NCBI RefSeq assembly: GCF_018350175.1
Contig: NC_058369.1
Coordinates: 22,012,001 to 22,076,000 of the forward strand
Length of the DNA stretch: 64,000 nt
Direction of reading: 5' to 3'
Source: Felis catus
Taxonomy: Eukaryota
Each line of letters opens with the position of its first letter. Position 1 is the stretch's first letter. Of this stretch, positions 25,346 through 38,674 are shown piece after piece. Position numbers and translations under genes: made by a program. A model generated the notes under the pieces. The model did no database searches. It was not told where the DNA came from and saw only the letters and a program-made list of their open reading frames with translations.

Positions 25346-26383
25346 AAAGATGATGACAGTGGTCCCTAAAGGGGGTAGTGTCTGTCCTTCTGGCTGTCAT
25401 GACCCATGGTGGGACCTTGGCAGCTTTCACTGAGACCCCTCATCCTACTTGTGAAATTTTCATACTGGTCTGCTTGCTCTGAGTAGAGCTGGAAATGACA
25501 GTAAAGTTCTGCCTTTGTCTCTCTAACATCCTCTCCTTACCAGAGCTTTCCCCTAAGGGAGTAGTAAAATGGGACCACTTCCTTGGCACTGCTGGGCAGC
25601 CTTTCCAGCGTGAGTAAGAGGTAGAGTTTCAGAAAAGAGGAGCATCAGGCTGAGGGAAATTATCCCAGATTTCACAGCTAGGTGGGTGGAAGGGAGGTCT
25701 GGGCTCATCAAACACAGAAAGTTTTTTCCCTTCAATCAGAGAATAGAGGTAATTTGCAGATTTCTCTGTGGTTTGGTGTCCTGCTTCCTCTCTAGGTCCT
25801 TTGATTCATTCTGCCTCGGGGCTGGTCTTTGCTCTTCCTCCTTGTACTTTCTCTCCTGAAAGGTGGTTTGGCAGAATCGTTAGAAGGAATCATGTTAAAT
25901 ACACTAGCTTTGTGGCTTAGTTGATGATGCACAAAGTAACTGAAGAAGAATCTACACCTTGGCTGTGTTCCTTCACAGATTGTATGTATCCTTCCAGCGA
26001 GCTGGATTTGTTCCGGAGTGCTGAAACGGAATTTTCTCCATTGTAAGCAATGAAGCTTTTCTTTATTTTTGAAAATCCATTTTGGAAGGAAATTCTCTGA
26101 AATGTATTACATATTACACATACAGTGCCTTCCTAAGCAGACCACTCGGAACCTACCATGATGTTTTGTCTATCACACAGGGTCGCCTGTTAGGAACATC
26201 CAAGGTTCTGCTCTGCTGAAGGAAAGATGCCTTCTGCTCATATGCCCCTACAGTAAATGGCTCTACTCTCGTACTTTGCTGAATCTTGTACCTTTCCCCC
26301 CCACCCCCGAGGTGTTAGGTGTTTCCTTTACTTGCAATTTCTCTCCCCTTCTAATCTGTGTGTTCAGAAACAAGAGAGCAATT

Positions 26384-26586
26384 GGGGCGCCTGGGTGGCT
26401 CAGTCGGTTAGGCTTCTGACTTTGGCTCAGGTCATGATCTCACTGTCTGTGGGTTCGAGCCCCGCATCGGGCTCTGTGCTGACAGCTCAGAGCCTGGAGC
26501 CTGCTTCGGATTCTGTGTCTCCCTCTCTCTCTACCCCTGCCCTACTCCCGCTCTGTTCTCTGTCTCTCAAAAATGAATAAACGTTA
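26384..26586 (+). mobile_element. SINEC
   Basis: TSD aaacaagagagcaatt. Confidence 0.95.
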
Positions 26587-26904
26587 AAACAAGAGAGCAA
26601 TTCATTTTGAAATACACAAGCAACATTTGCCATGTAGTGGGTTCTTACTATAGGCACTGCAATTGCGCTTTACGTGAATGTTTCCAGCTGTAGGGGATGG
26701 ATAATACCATCCTCATTTTACAGAAGAAGGAACTGGGCAGCCAAGAAGGCAACCACATATCCTTGCCTGAAATACAGGAAATTAATTCAACAGGCATCCA
26801 TTGGAGGCCTCTGTTGTACTTGTGGAGCATCATTAATTAAAAATAATTGGTGGGGGGGGGGTGTTGAACAGTAACAGTAAAAGAGTTTGAATAATAGAAT
26901 ATTC

Positions 26905-27128
26905 TTTTTTTTTTAATTTTTTTTTCAACGTTTATTTATTTTTGGGACAGAGAGAGACAGAGCATGAACGGGGGAGGGGCAGAGAGAGAGGGAGACACAG
27001 AATCGGAAACAGGCTCCAGGCTCCGAGCCATCAGCCCAGAGCCCGATGCGGGGCTCGAACCCACGGACCGCAAGATCGTGACCTGGCTGAAGTCGGACGC
27101 TTAACCGACTGCGCCACCCAGGCGCCCC
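26905..27128 (-). mobile_element. young SINEC_Fc-type SINE
   Basis: CpG-rich; perfect 18-bp TSD gaataatagaatattctt at 26889-26906 and 27129-27146. Confidence 0.97.
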
Positions 27129-30100
27129 GAATAATAGAATATTCTTAAATAAATAGTCTGGTTATTTACAGGGCTTCATAAATCTTTGTGCTGTTTGAGA
27201 ACACTTACAGGGCTTTGAGAATGCTAGAAACAGTCCGTAAATTAAACTAAAATGCAAACGCAGGCTCCTTATTGCTGCTTGGAGTTCAGCTCTGCAGACC
27301 AGAGGACAGCTGAGTACAGTAGTCATTTTTTTGTTTGTCACATGTACTGATGTCACAGTACTGATGTACTTTGTGTTCATTTATGCAGCCCAATTGCCCC
27401 AACTTGGATGTGTTTTCATTTAAATACACTTACCATCGCTTCTGATGGAAATGGCAACTACATATTTGAATATACATGTGCATAGGTCCTTGAAACCCTG
27501 TGAACTCAACTGTAGAGTGAACTCAACTGTAGGTGATTTGTCAGTGGACTTAGGCTCCAGTTTTACCCCTATTGTTAACTTTTTGTGGGTCCCTGAGCAG
27601 AAATGATTAGTTTCACCAGGCCTCTAGCTCCTTAAATTTAAAATGAGGAGGTAAGGACATCTGACAGAATTTCTAGTCTGGAACATTCTATGGAGATTCT
27701 GTATTCTATCTCAAATGATCATGACTAGAGACACAGTCTACAGGTGCTTGATCTAAAGAGGGCTATAATAAGCGGTGGTGTTTAAATGTGAACCACTAGC
27801 TTAGAAAATTATTTACAAGTTCTTTTAAGGCTATTCTACTTTCCCTTAGAGTCTTGTGTATTTAGAAAAATTTCTTCCTGTTCTCCATTGACTTTTCCAG
27901 TGTTTTCTTTGTAGGTAGCACAGAAATGCTTTGTAGATCTCTTTCTGACAAATTTATCATATATTCTAAATTGGTAGATTTTCTGTTAATGATGGTTTTA
28001 TACTGTCTGTTCACGTTGGCCTTTTAACTTAGAGTAAATTAGAATGGGAGAAAAGTCTTCATCCCTTCAACTACTCAAAGGATTGTTTTTTCCCTGAGCA
28101 GTTCTGCATGTCTGCATGTGATGGAAATAGCATAAAGGGCATTAGAGTGGAGATGTCAGATGGGTACACCGAAGGGTGACAGCAGCCAGGTCATCATCTG
28201 AAACACCTGCCGAGCTGCTGGGAGGGGAGGTGGTAAGTGGTGTTGACCCAGATGGCCCCTCAGGAGAAAGAGTCAGCTCTCCCTGGCCCCAGGGAAGGGC
28301 CTCCTGGAGGACACAGGGTGGAGGGGCAGAGCCTGGGATGGCCTTTCAGGGCTGCTGGTGAGACCAGGTGGCAGCAGCAGAGTGGCTGGCCTTCAAGGTC
28401 CCTTTCTGCACCTGGGGCTTTTGTCCTGAGCTGGTGTGCTACAGCACCTGACCAGGCAGCACAGAGAAGTGGGCCTGACCTCCTCTGTGTTTCTAATGTT
28501 CCCTGATGACCAAGATGTGCGAAGGCGCCGAGTGATGTGTGATTGACCCTGGAGCCATGGCGCAGGGCTGAGAGCTGATGCCCATTGCCCCCCGCCCCCA
28601 GTCCGGGTCTCCCCCTCAGCAGTCTCCATGACACCAGGGTTGGGTCAGTCCCCTAGTCTGCGTTCCTTGAGTCTCCGTGAGCCATCAGGTTTTCCTCTAT
28701 AATCGGGTCAGGCAACCATGTGACCTGCTCACTGCCAATTTCTTTTTTGAAAAGATGTGTATTTCATGGATCATTGTGAAGATTCTCCGTGGATAGGCAA
28801 CATGGTTTTAGAAGGTTGGATAATTTTTCATTGGCTCTTTGAGATTAGTGGTCTTTTGTTTTTCCTTGTGGTCAGTCATTGCAGACTTTTGAAGAGTTGC
28901 TCTCTTGTTGTCTTTATTTTATTGCTTCTTGTCTGAGTAGAACCACTGGAGAAGGACCCAGACCCATATGAGTCCAACCTGCTTGAGAGGTGGCGTGAGA
29001 GAATGCTCGAGGGGAAATATAGATTTTTGAGTTAGAGATTTTAGTAAGGGAAGGGGAGGGGGAGAGGGAGAGACCAAGGCCTCAAAGTGTTTTTTACTTA
29101 AATGAGCAATTATATCCTTGACTTAGGGATAGAAATTTGTTTGGAAATTTGTTTTGTCAGCTCCCTCTGAAATAAATAAAATTACAGTGATGATATCATT
29201 CCTGTTTAAGATGTTTGAATAGGTATTAAGGCAAAGTGATTAGGGCCTAATTGGTTGCCAAATTTTCTTTAAAGCTATGTTGTTTTGGGGGGGATTTCTA
29301 TGCCAAAAAACATCTTAAACTGATGAACATATAGTTCTCCTTCCTTGTTTTGGCCAGTGTTTAATTAGATGACTGTTTCCATAGTTGAGGAATACATTTG
29401 CATTGGGTCTAAGCCCCAGGGTGCCAGATTTCCATCCCAGAAACAAATGTTCTCCCTTAGTTTAGTGCTGATGTGCACTTAAATAGCACAGGAGCAGTGC
29501 TTTTCCTTGGCCAAGGTCGCATGGCGACTTTCCAGGGGGTTGATTGGTTTCAGAATTGGGCAGGTTTAAGGTCAAGTACCCCGAAGGAGCTGTGACTCTG
29601 TCAAGCTCCCCATAAATGCAGCCCTCTGAGGAAGGGTCCAGAGTCCCAAGCCTCTGTTACCCCAGGGGGGTAGTGGGCGCAGAAGCGCGTTGCTGCCCAG
29701 TACGACCTGACCTCTTCCTCATACCCACTCCACCACGGCTACCGTGCATGAATCGCCAGCTCCCACGTTTATGCACTTGTTCATGCGAGGTGCTTGCAAA
29801 TGGACCGTGAGGTATTTACTATCTGCCACCTACTGTGGTAGATTCTGGGAAGAATAAACCATAATTTTCCTAAAGCCACACTTTGAGGCTTACGGTGATA
29901 ACCTTCTGAGGACCTTTGCCGACCCCGGTCAGGTACCTTTGCTGGGTCTCTCCTTACCCACGGCGTGTAGGCTGGGCCCCTTCGTGAACGTTTCGTTCAC
30001 TCCCGGCAGGCTGGTCCTCCCCACCCCCCGACTCACCCCTGCCTGTTGGCTGGGCTGCTGCTTCTCACTGTGTGGCAGCTGATAGAGCAGCCCTGCACGT

Positions 30101-33100
30101 GGCTTCCGTGGTGGCTGCGTGAATTCTCCCTGACACCCTGCCTGCCTTGTCTGGAATAGTTGTTCTCCTCCAGGGGCTACAGGTGGAGTGCTGGGAATTG
30201 TCTTCAGTCATCTCTTCTGCACACCTGAGGGTGTGGAGGCGGGATGTGGGGTCTTGGCTGGCAAGGGGAAGCAAGGACACAGGCAAGGGCTCTCGCCAGG
30301 GGTCCGGTTCCCATTCATTCTTCTGGTATCCCCTTACTGACCTGCCAGAGCCCACTCTTCCGTCCAGGAGTCATCCCACTCCCCAGGGCATCTCAGTACC
30401 CTGGAAGATGGCAATTTCTTCTCTTTCGCCCACATCCCTCCGTGTTGTGTGCGAGGTTCTATGCCTGACAGTTTTATTTCACTTTGCACATAGTGGGCTT
30501 ACCTCTTCTACCTGTGCCTCTCCAGCCTGGAACCCCCACCCGAGAAGCATCGGGGGTTTTGTTGGTTGTCCTTCTTTGCCTCCCCAAGGAGTAGGGTGGG
30601 GTCAGGGGCTCTGCCACACTGCTCCTTCCGCCAGATTCTTTTCCTGTTCTTGACAGATAAGTGTAAGGTTTATTTCCTTTTCTTGTTTGGTTGCACCTGG
30701 TGTGCGTGTTTATACGTGTATATACACATGGATAGGAAGTTTTTCTTAATTGTGTATATTTTGTTTGACTTTGTAGTATAAAGATACCATGTTACCACTT
30801 CACTCTCTTCTGAATTTGGAACTGCCATGATACACTTGAAAAGGATTTACTATTCGTATGAATTTTCTTCCTTCCTAAACTATAAACTTCTTCAGGTCAG
30901 GTCAGGAACTATATTTTATTCTTCTGTGTGTACCTCTACCTGCTGAGTGCTTAATAAACACAGGGCAGATGATTCCATGCTGAACCTATAGGGGAGCGGC
31001 TAATTTCAAGTCCTGTTAACAAGTCCCAGGCACACTAAACAATTACTTGCAGAAACAAATCAAGCTTCCTGCACACACATTAAAACAGGGAGACAAGGAC
31101 CAGTATAAGGCAACAATTTTCACTTAGGAAACAAAGTTTAATGTTTTATGTTAACATATTCTAGTTGACATGGTGATTCAGAGTGGTGATTCAGAATGGC
31201 CTTGGTACCAATTAGTGGAGCGGGTTAGTAAAGTTTTTAATACATTCCTAGTTTCTGTGACTTGACTAATTAGGCTGGGCTTATGTTCATACACGATCCC
31301 TGCCTCTCTGTTATCAAGTTACACAAAAATGTGGTGATGCCGTTGCTACAGCAGCTTGTCTGTGTGCTTCACCAGCTGGCTGCAGAGTCCCCAGGGGTAC
31401 CGCGGCTCTCCTGTTCCCCCTTGCATTTTGAGAACAAGTTCCTTCCGTTCACCAAGGGTGCGCACTGGTAGTGGTTAAGTGGAGATACTACTAACATGGC
31501 TGCTGCTGCTACCATTGCCCCACTCCTGCCGCTAATGGGGGCTAGGAGTGATGGATGAGCACTCTTACATCGGGCCCTATTCTGAGGAGTCTGTGCATAT
31601 TGTCCCATTCATGCATTATAGAATCCAGTGAGGCAGTTGCCATGATTAGTCCTAGTTTATGGGCGGGTCAGCGAGTTTAAGTGACGTGCTGAGATCACAC
31701 AGCTTGAAAGAGTGGGGTGAACGAGGGAGATAACAAGACTTTTTTCCTTTAAGGCTACATTCAGCAAACTGAAAAGTAATCAGAGCCTACTCACAGGAGA
31801 AAGACCCTCCCCCAGGATGGGACACAGGCTAAATATTACTGTTTTGTTTGTGAGTATAACCCAGGGGTCTGGGGCTGGGGGGAGCAGTCAAGGAGGATCG
31901 TCAGCTGAAAGTTACCTATGGTTCAGTTAGAGAGTAGTGCGGGTACCAGAATTATGATCCAAAGTACAGCTCTGGATGTACAGCACAGTAATGACAAAAC
32001 ACACACACAGACCAGAGAGGAAGAAACACTACTGAGTCCAAAATTGTTCTTTGTGTTCATATGTATGTGTGAGCATCTTCAGACTATTCACAACCTAGAG
32101 ACCCTAAGGACTTGACCATATATCTCTAAAACAGAGTAATTCATGAGTGTGTGTGATTTCCAGGATTTCTACAAGGAATACTGTATAATTATAAAAGAAT
32201 AATTCTGCTAAAAAATTGTAATGAGAACTGTTCTTAAAGCGATTGAAACAGTGTAACACTAGATTAGGATCTTTTTCCAGCTATATCACAAATCACGAGA
32301 GCACACAACACACATAAGCTGTATGATTCTGTAATACTTAACTCTGTGCGGTCAACATATTTTATCCCCTGGCACTTAGCCACTGCATTGGAAGAGGAGG
32401 TAACAATTAGGACTGCTAAAATTGTGTTCAAAGTTTCTTCTACAGACCGTGACAAGCCTTTGTGATAGCTCTCCATATGCCATACAACTTTTTGTTACCT
32501 ACAAACTGGTGTCAAAGTAGAAAATTATGGCACAAAACACAGTAGTATAAATACTTTTTCAGAGTGTCTTAAGCTATGTGTGTGTATGTATGTTTTTAAA
32601 ACTGGAACTTGCAGTATCACAGCATAGAAAAAAAGATACATAATCTAATAAAAACTGTTTACAAAAAAGGACAGAAATTGTGAGCTAGTAAACCACTTTT
32701 TACAAGGACTAGATTCACTGCTCTTACCAATCACATGCCATTCCTTTAAGTCCTGCTGTATTTAGCCTCACCCCAGCCTAGCACATGGGGGGATTTTTCC
32801 TACTCTCCAGGCACTGTGATGTGTATGGGCCTTTCCACCAAACGTCACTTCTCTGTGAATTTGCCCTGACGAGTTCACGAGACTCCTTGCCTGGTTCCAC
32901 GACCTTTCAGCCCACAACAGAACGGCGATTGGATTGAACGTGCACTTAGAATTCTTTCCTGTTTCCTGGGTCTGTTGCAAATGCATTCATCAGCCCTCCT
33001 CAGTTACACTGGAGTGTCCTCAAGGTTAAGATTAGTGCTTCTGTGTTCCTTCTCTCACTGCATGAGGTTCTAACACTTTGGTGGCTGACATTTTCTTCCT

Positions 33101-35712
33101 TTGTTGCCACTCAGGGTCCAGCTCATGGTCTTACACCTAGGAAGCAATAAAATATTTCATTGATTAGTGATTCCTAAAGTGATGAAGGTTCTAGGACCCT
33201 GCATTCTGTTGAGTTAGAGCACTGTTTGCATTCTGGTTCTGAATGGGAAAGCGTTCTGTTGGGATGGGGAGGCAGTAGACTCCCTGTGACTCTCATTGAT
33301 TTAATCACACACCACGACTCCTCTTTTAAATTTGCATTAATCGTATTGGCAAGTATATAGGATTATGTGAAGTTTTAAAGAACATACATTGAAATGCAAT
33401 CAAGGTGAAAAATGACAATGGCTCTGGAGCACAATTTCGTTTCCTGTAGCCTGTGACTCGCTGTGTCTGGGGAGTGTATCTGACATACCCAAACGATGGG
33501 GTAGAAACTGAGAAAGACTTATCAAGCATTTAGTGTTAGGGACGTGTGAGATGAGTCAATACCGGAATCTCCAGCTCTGTTTTTTATGGCCCCATATTTT
33601 ACAAAACCATGGAAGTTATTGAACATTTGGACAAGGATCTCAGTCACAGTGATAGAACAGGATGCAGGGTTGGGGCTCTGCTGATGGAGTTCATTTGGAA
33701 AGTGGCGGCAGAGGGTGGATCTCCTGCCCTTTCCCCTACTGCTTTCTAGATGCTTTTTCAATTTTCTGTTGAGGTACTTCCCAGGGAATAGAGAAATAAG
33801 TGGACAAAAGGCAAGTATAAAAGAGGGATTTATGACTTTCTGTACCTAAAGCTCAGAGCCCTTTCATTTAATGCTATATTGACTCATCTCTTTTTTCTCT
33901 TTAAATCATTCTCAATGATGCTCCATTTCTCACTTCCCCCTCTTTCTTATCAGTTGCAGGTGATCTATTGGGAAGGTAGAATCTTTAAACCGTGTGTGGC
34001 TCTTAGCAGTCAGAGTGCCTGCCTGCATTTTATCAAGGGTTCCTTTCTTGCCCGTGGGAATTCTGTCCTACCTGGATAGTCCCTGCCCAGATTCTTCTTT
34101 TGTCTTTAAAAATTGCCTACAGTAAACACTTTTTATTTTTGATGTACGGTTCCGTGAGCTTGAACACATACATAAATCCTCACACCCACCAACTGCATCA
34201 CGACGCAGAACAGCTCGATCACCTCCCCAAACTTTTTCATCCTGCCTTATTTGTAGTTCTGTTCTCCCTTCACCCCTAACCCTTGGCAACCACTGATCTG
34301 TACTCCATTCCTATAGAATGTCATAAAAATAGATCGCTCAGTATAATGCCTTTGAGATTCATATGTGTTCAATACTGTGCATCAGTAGTTAGTTCTTTTT
34401 TATTGCTGACGAGGATTACGTTGATGGATTGCCACAGTTGACTTATCCATTTAGCTGTAGAAAGAAATTTGGGTTATTTCCATTTTGGGGCGATTATGAA
34501 TGGAGCTCCTGTAAACATACAGATTTTTATGCAGATGTAAGTGTTCATATATGTAGTGTAAATACCCAGGAGTGGAATGGCTGGATCATCTGGTAAGGGT
34601 CTGTTTAATGTTATGAGAAACTGTCAAGCTGTTTTCCAGAGTGGCTGTACCATGTTGCGTATGCTCACCAGAAACATATGAAAGTTCTGATTGTTTTCAC
34701 ATCCTTGCCAACACTTAATAGTGTCTGTATTTTTTTTTTTACTTCATTCTTTCTAATAGGTGTATAGTTGTCTCCCATTTTGGTTTTAATTTTCCTGTCT
34801 CTAATAGGTAAGATACATGTAAATGTATCTGTTGTTCCTGATCATAGGGGAAAACATTCAGTCTTCCAGCACTAAGTATGATGTTAGCTATGGGTTTTTG
34901 TGATGATCTTTATCAGGTTGAGAAAGTTCCCTCCTATTCCTCATTTGTTGAGGGTTTTTATCATGAGCGGTGGTATGGATTTTGTCAAATTGTTTGTATG
35001 CTTCTATTAAGGTGGTCATGTGGTTTCTGTCCTTTATGTCATTAAAGTGTTGTATTGCATTGACTATTTTTTTCAGTATGGTAAGCCAGCCTTGCATTCT
35101 TGGGATAAATCTCACTTGGTTATAGTGTATGATCATTTTTATGTATTTATATGCTGAATGCTGTTGCTAGTATTTTGTTAAGGATGTTTATATATTAAGG
35201 GATGTTGGTATATTATTTTCTTGTGATGTCTTTGTCTGGTTTGGTATTCGGGTACTGGCCCCATGGTATTCCCATGAGTGTGTGTGCGTGTGTGTCTGTG
35301 TATTTCTGTGTAGGGTTGGTGTTAATCCTTCTTTAAACATTTGGTGGAATTTACCAGTTGGGCCAGTTGGTTGAGCCAGATGGGGCTTGGCTTTACTTTG
35401 TGGGAAGTTCTTTGATTACTGATCCCATTTCTTTGCTTATCATACACCTGTTCAGATTTTCCATTTCTTCTTAAGTTTTAGGAATTTGGTATTTTCCTAA
35501 GAACTTGTCCATTTCGTGTAGATCGTCTAATTTTTGGGTAGCATTTCCTTGACAATAAGGGCTCCTGCAAATGAATTCTTAGTTTTTATTCCTCTGAGAA
35601 TGTCATTTCTCCTTTATTTCTAAGCATGCTTATTGCTGGATATGAAGTTTAGGTTGACAGTTTGTTTTGCTCACCATTTTATAGTCTTTAAAATTATTTT
35701 ATATGTTTATTT

Positions 35713-35928
35713 ATTTTTATTTTTTTTAATGTTTATTTATTTTTGAGACAGAGAGAGAGAGAGCATGAATGGGGGAGGGGCAGAGAGAGGGAGACACAGA
35801 ATCTGAAACAGGCTCCAGTCTCTGAGCCATCAGCCCAGAGCCCGACGCGGGGCTCGAACCCACAGACCTCGAGATCGTGACCTGAGCTGAAGTTGGATGC
35901 TTAACCGACTGAGCCACCCAGGTGCCCC
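35713..35928 (-). mobile_element. SINEC inserted in the tail of the adjacent SINEC
   Basis: TSD tatatgtttatt at about 35700 and 35929. Confidence 0.92.
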
Positions 35929-36122
35929 TATATGTTTATTTTTGAGAGAGAGAGAGACAGAGCAAGAGTGTGGGAGGGGTGAGAGAGAGGGAGACACAGA
36001 ATCCAAAGGAGCCTCCAGGCTCGGAGCTGTCAGCACAGTTGTGGGGCTCAAACCCACAAACCGTGAGATCATGACCTGAGCTGAAGTCCGACGCTTAAAC
36101 AGCTGAGCCACGCAGGCGCCCC
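35929..36122 (-). mobile_element. SINEC (its tail is displaced to about 35685-35712)
   Basis: TSD ctcacca(t/c)tttata at about 35670 and 36127. Confidence 0.92.
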
Positions 36123-37058
36123 TCACTCACCACTTTATAAATGTTGTTCCCCTTCATCCTGACCTCTATGGTTTCTTCTGAGAAATCCATAGTCATTGAA
36201 GCAATTATTCCCTATATCTTCAATGTTGTTTTTCTGTGGCTGTTGTAGAGATTTGTTTCTGTGCCGGTATTTTCAGCAACATGTGGATAAATGTAGATTT
36301 CTTTGAGATTGTCCAGTTTGGGGTTTGTGAGTTTCTTGAAACGGTCGATTAGGTCTTCTGCCAAATATGGGAGTTTCCAGCCAGTATTTATTCAAATATT
36401 TTTCCTACATAACACCCTTCTCTTCTGGGATGCCAACAACATGAATGTTGGATCTTTCGGTATTGTCCTGCAGGTCTCTGAGACTCTATTTACTTTTACA
36501 ATACCTTTTCTTTGTGTTTTACATTGGATACTCTCTATTGACCCCTCTTCAACTTCACTCACTATTTCCTCTATCACTTCTATTTTGCTACCGAATCTAT
36601 TCATTGACATTTTAACTTCTGTATTTTTCAATGCTAAAACTTCCATTTGGTTCTTTGTTTTTTTGTTTTGTTTTGTTTTGTTTGGCTGAAATTTTCTATC
36701 CTTTCATTCATTTTAATAGCGTTCAGCCTTACTTCTTGGAGCATGGTTGTAACAGCTATTTTAAATTATTTCTTAGATAATTCCAGTACCTGTGTTATCT
36801 CAAGGGTGGTGTCTGTCGATTGTTGTTGTTCTTGCAAATTGAGAGTTTCCTGGATTTTCATATGCTTGAGTAATTTTAGATTGAATTCTGGATATTTTGG
36901 ATATTATGTTTCTCTGAGTTTGTTTATATCTTATGGAGTTTGCTTGTTTATTTTTTTCCTTTAAGCAGATGCTTGGCCCGGTTGCAGGTTCTGGCTTGCC
37001 TTCTATGTTTCCAACATCAGTTTGGCTTTTAGAAACTTTGCCATGTCATTTGGATCTG

Positions 37059-37060
<2 letters not shown>

Positions 37061-37105
<45 letters not shown>
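37061..37105. repeat. (GT)n microsatellite
   Basis: about 22 perfect units. Confidence 0.95.
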
Positions 37106-37106
<1 letters not shown>

Positions 37107-38240
37107 TCCATTGTCCAGTGTGGGACCTGGGCAGTGATCTCTTTCAGAGTGCAAATCTCAAAGCCATTGCCATGCGGTTTTGGATCAGATCTGCAATGAA
37201 CAGTTTGGAGATGAGCCCAAATGTAATAGACCACTTTGTGGTGCCACTCTCTTCAACTTCCTTCCCTCTGCAGTCCCTCTGACAATCTCTGATTCACTGA
37301 AGTCCTCTTTTGCTGTCCTCCAGCCAGAAATCCAGGACTTTGGTTCCCTTGCTATGCTGGGTACTTCCCGTGACTGTCCAGAGCCAAGCAGTGGAAGACC
37401 AGAGAGGAGCAGCGGTGATGAGGATTCACCTTCTTGTTCTTAGAACTACACTCCTCTTCTTAGAATCATTCTTTTTTTCTCAGAGTTTTAGATGCTCACC
37501 TCTGCCCTTTGCTCTGTGGCACTGTGTGATTGCCTGGAGTGGAGGTGAAAGGGATCAGAAAAAGCAAAAACAATTCAGGGGATTTTTCTGAACATAAGGA
37601 GTTCCTTTTTTTTTGCTCCCTAGTCTAGAAAAGTGAGGGTTTCTCTTCCGGTCTTTGTGTCTATACCTAGTGAGCACTTCTGGGCCTTTGAATCCAGGCT
37701 GGGTGATACCAGAGGGAAGAAAACAACAATGGAAAACTCACTGCTGGTTTGTGGTGCTGTGAGTTCTAGTTTCCTTCCCCAGCCTATCTGCTACCTTATG
37801 CTTTTCAGAGACTTCAGATACTCCATGTTTCCTGTCCAGCTTTTACGTTTGCATTCAGAGAGAGGCACAAGGTGAGTGTTCTTACTCCATCTTCCTGGAA
37901 CCAGAGCCCCCATATTAGACTAAACATCGTTTTTATGAACGAAACCCTGCAGATGGTGGGATTTACTAAGTCTGGTTTTCTGAGACCCGGGGATGTGTTT
38001 CTAATGTGTATCTTAGAATTCTCAAATAGTGCTTATGATTAAATAAGTTTGCATTTCCTTTCATTTAAAGGAGAGTTTGGCATACTGTTTCTATGAAGGG
38101 CCAAATAGTAAACCTTTGTCCTGTGGCCACATAATCTTTGTCACACCTTCTTAACTTGTTCTGTTGCAGTGCAAAAGCAATCATAAACAATACATAAACT
38201 AATGAGGATGGCTGTGTTCCAGTAAAACTTGATTGACTCT

Positions 38241-38367
38241 GGGGGCACTTGGGTGGCCCAGCTCATTGAGTGTCTGACTCTTGATCACTGCTCAGGTATT
38301 GATCTTGGGGTTGTGAGTTCAAGCCCTGTTTTGGGCTCCATGCTGATCATGAAGCCTACTTTAAAAA
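38241..38367 (+). mobile_element. short old SINEC lacking the CT-rich tract
   Basis: ggggcacttgggtggcccag head; TSD aaactt(g/t)attgact. Confidence 0.85.
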
Positions 38368-38428
38368 GCCCCAAACTTTATTGACTGTGAAATTTAAATT
38401 TCTTATATTTTTCATGTGTCGTGGAATA

Positions 38429-38464
<36 letters not shown>
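38429..38464. repeat. (TTA)n microsatellite at a SINE tail
   Basis: read directly. Confidence 0.9.
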
Positions 38465-38465
<1 letters not shown>

Positions 38466-38674
38466 TTAATTTTTAAAATGTTTTTATTTATTTTTGAGAG
38501 AGAGTGAGTATGAGCAGGGAAGGGGCAGAGAGAGAGGGAGACACAGAACCTGAAGCCACTCCAGGCTCTGAGCTATCAGCATAGAGTCCAACGCGGGGCT
38601 CAAACTCACAAACTGTGAGATCGTGACCTGAGCCGAAGTCGGAGGCTTAACCAGCTGAGCCACCCAGGTGCACC
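38465..38674 (-). mobile_element. SINEC
   Basis: antisense SINE body ending gagccacccaggtgcacc. Confidence 0.93.

Larger units (their letters stand above)
34100..37910 (-). mobile_element. old L1 remnant with 3' end, RT-domain piece, ORF1 piece and probable 5' region
   Basis: minus ORF 34888-35136 IIHYNQVRFIPRMQGW...NHM...FDKI matches L1 RT; minus ORF 36392-36646 EEIVSEVEEGSIESIQ matches L1 ORF1 coiled coil; antisense 3' UTR at 34100-34800; right boundary uncertain. Confidence 0.8.

Noticed and set aside
26942..27148. Recurring peptides such as GAWVAQSV... and RETEHERGRGRERG
   Set aside because: These are translations of SINEC copies, not a protein family.
33960..33975. Possible micro-exon GTGATCTATTGGGAAG after a long pyrimidine tract
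   Set aside because: The donor (gtagaa) is weak, the length shifts the frame, and there is no other support.
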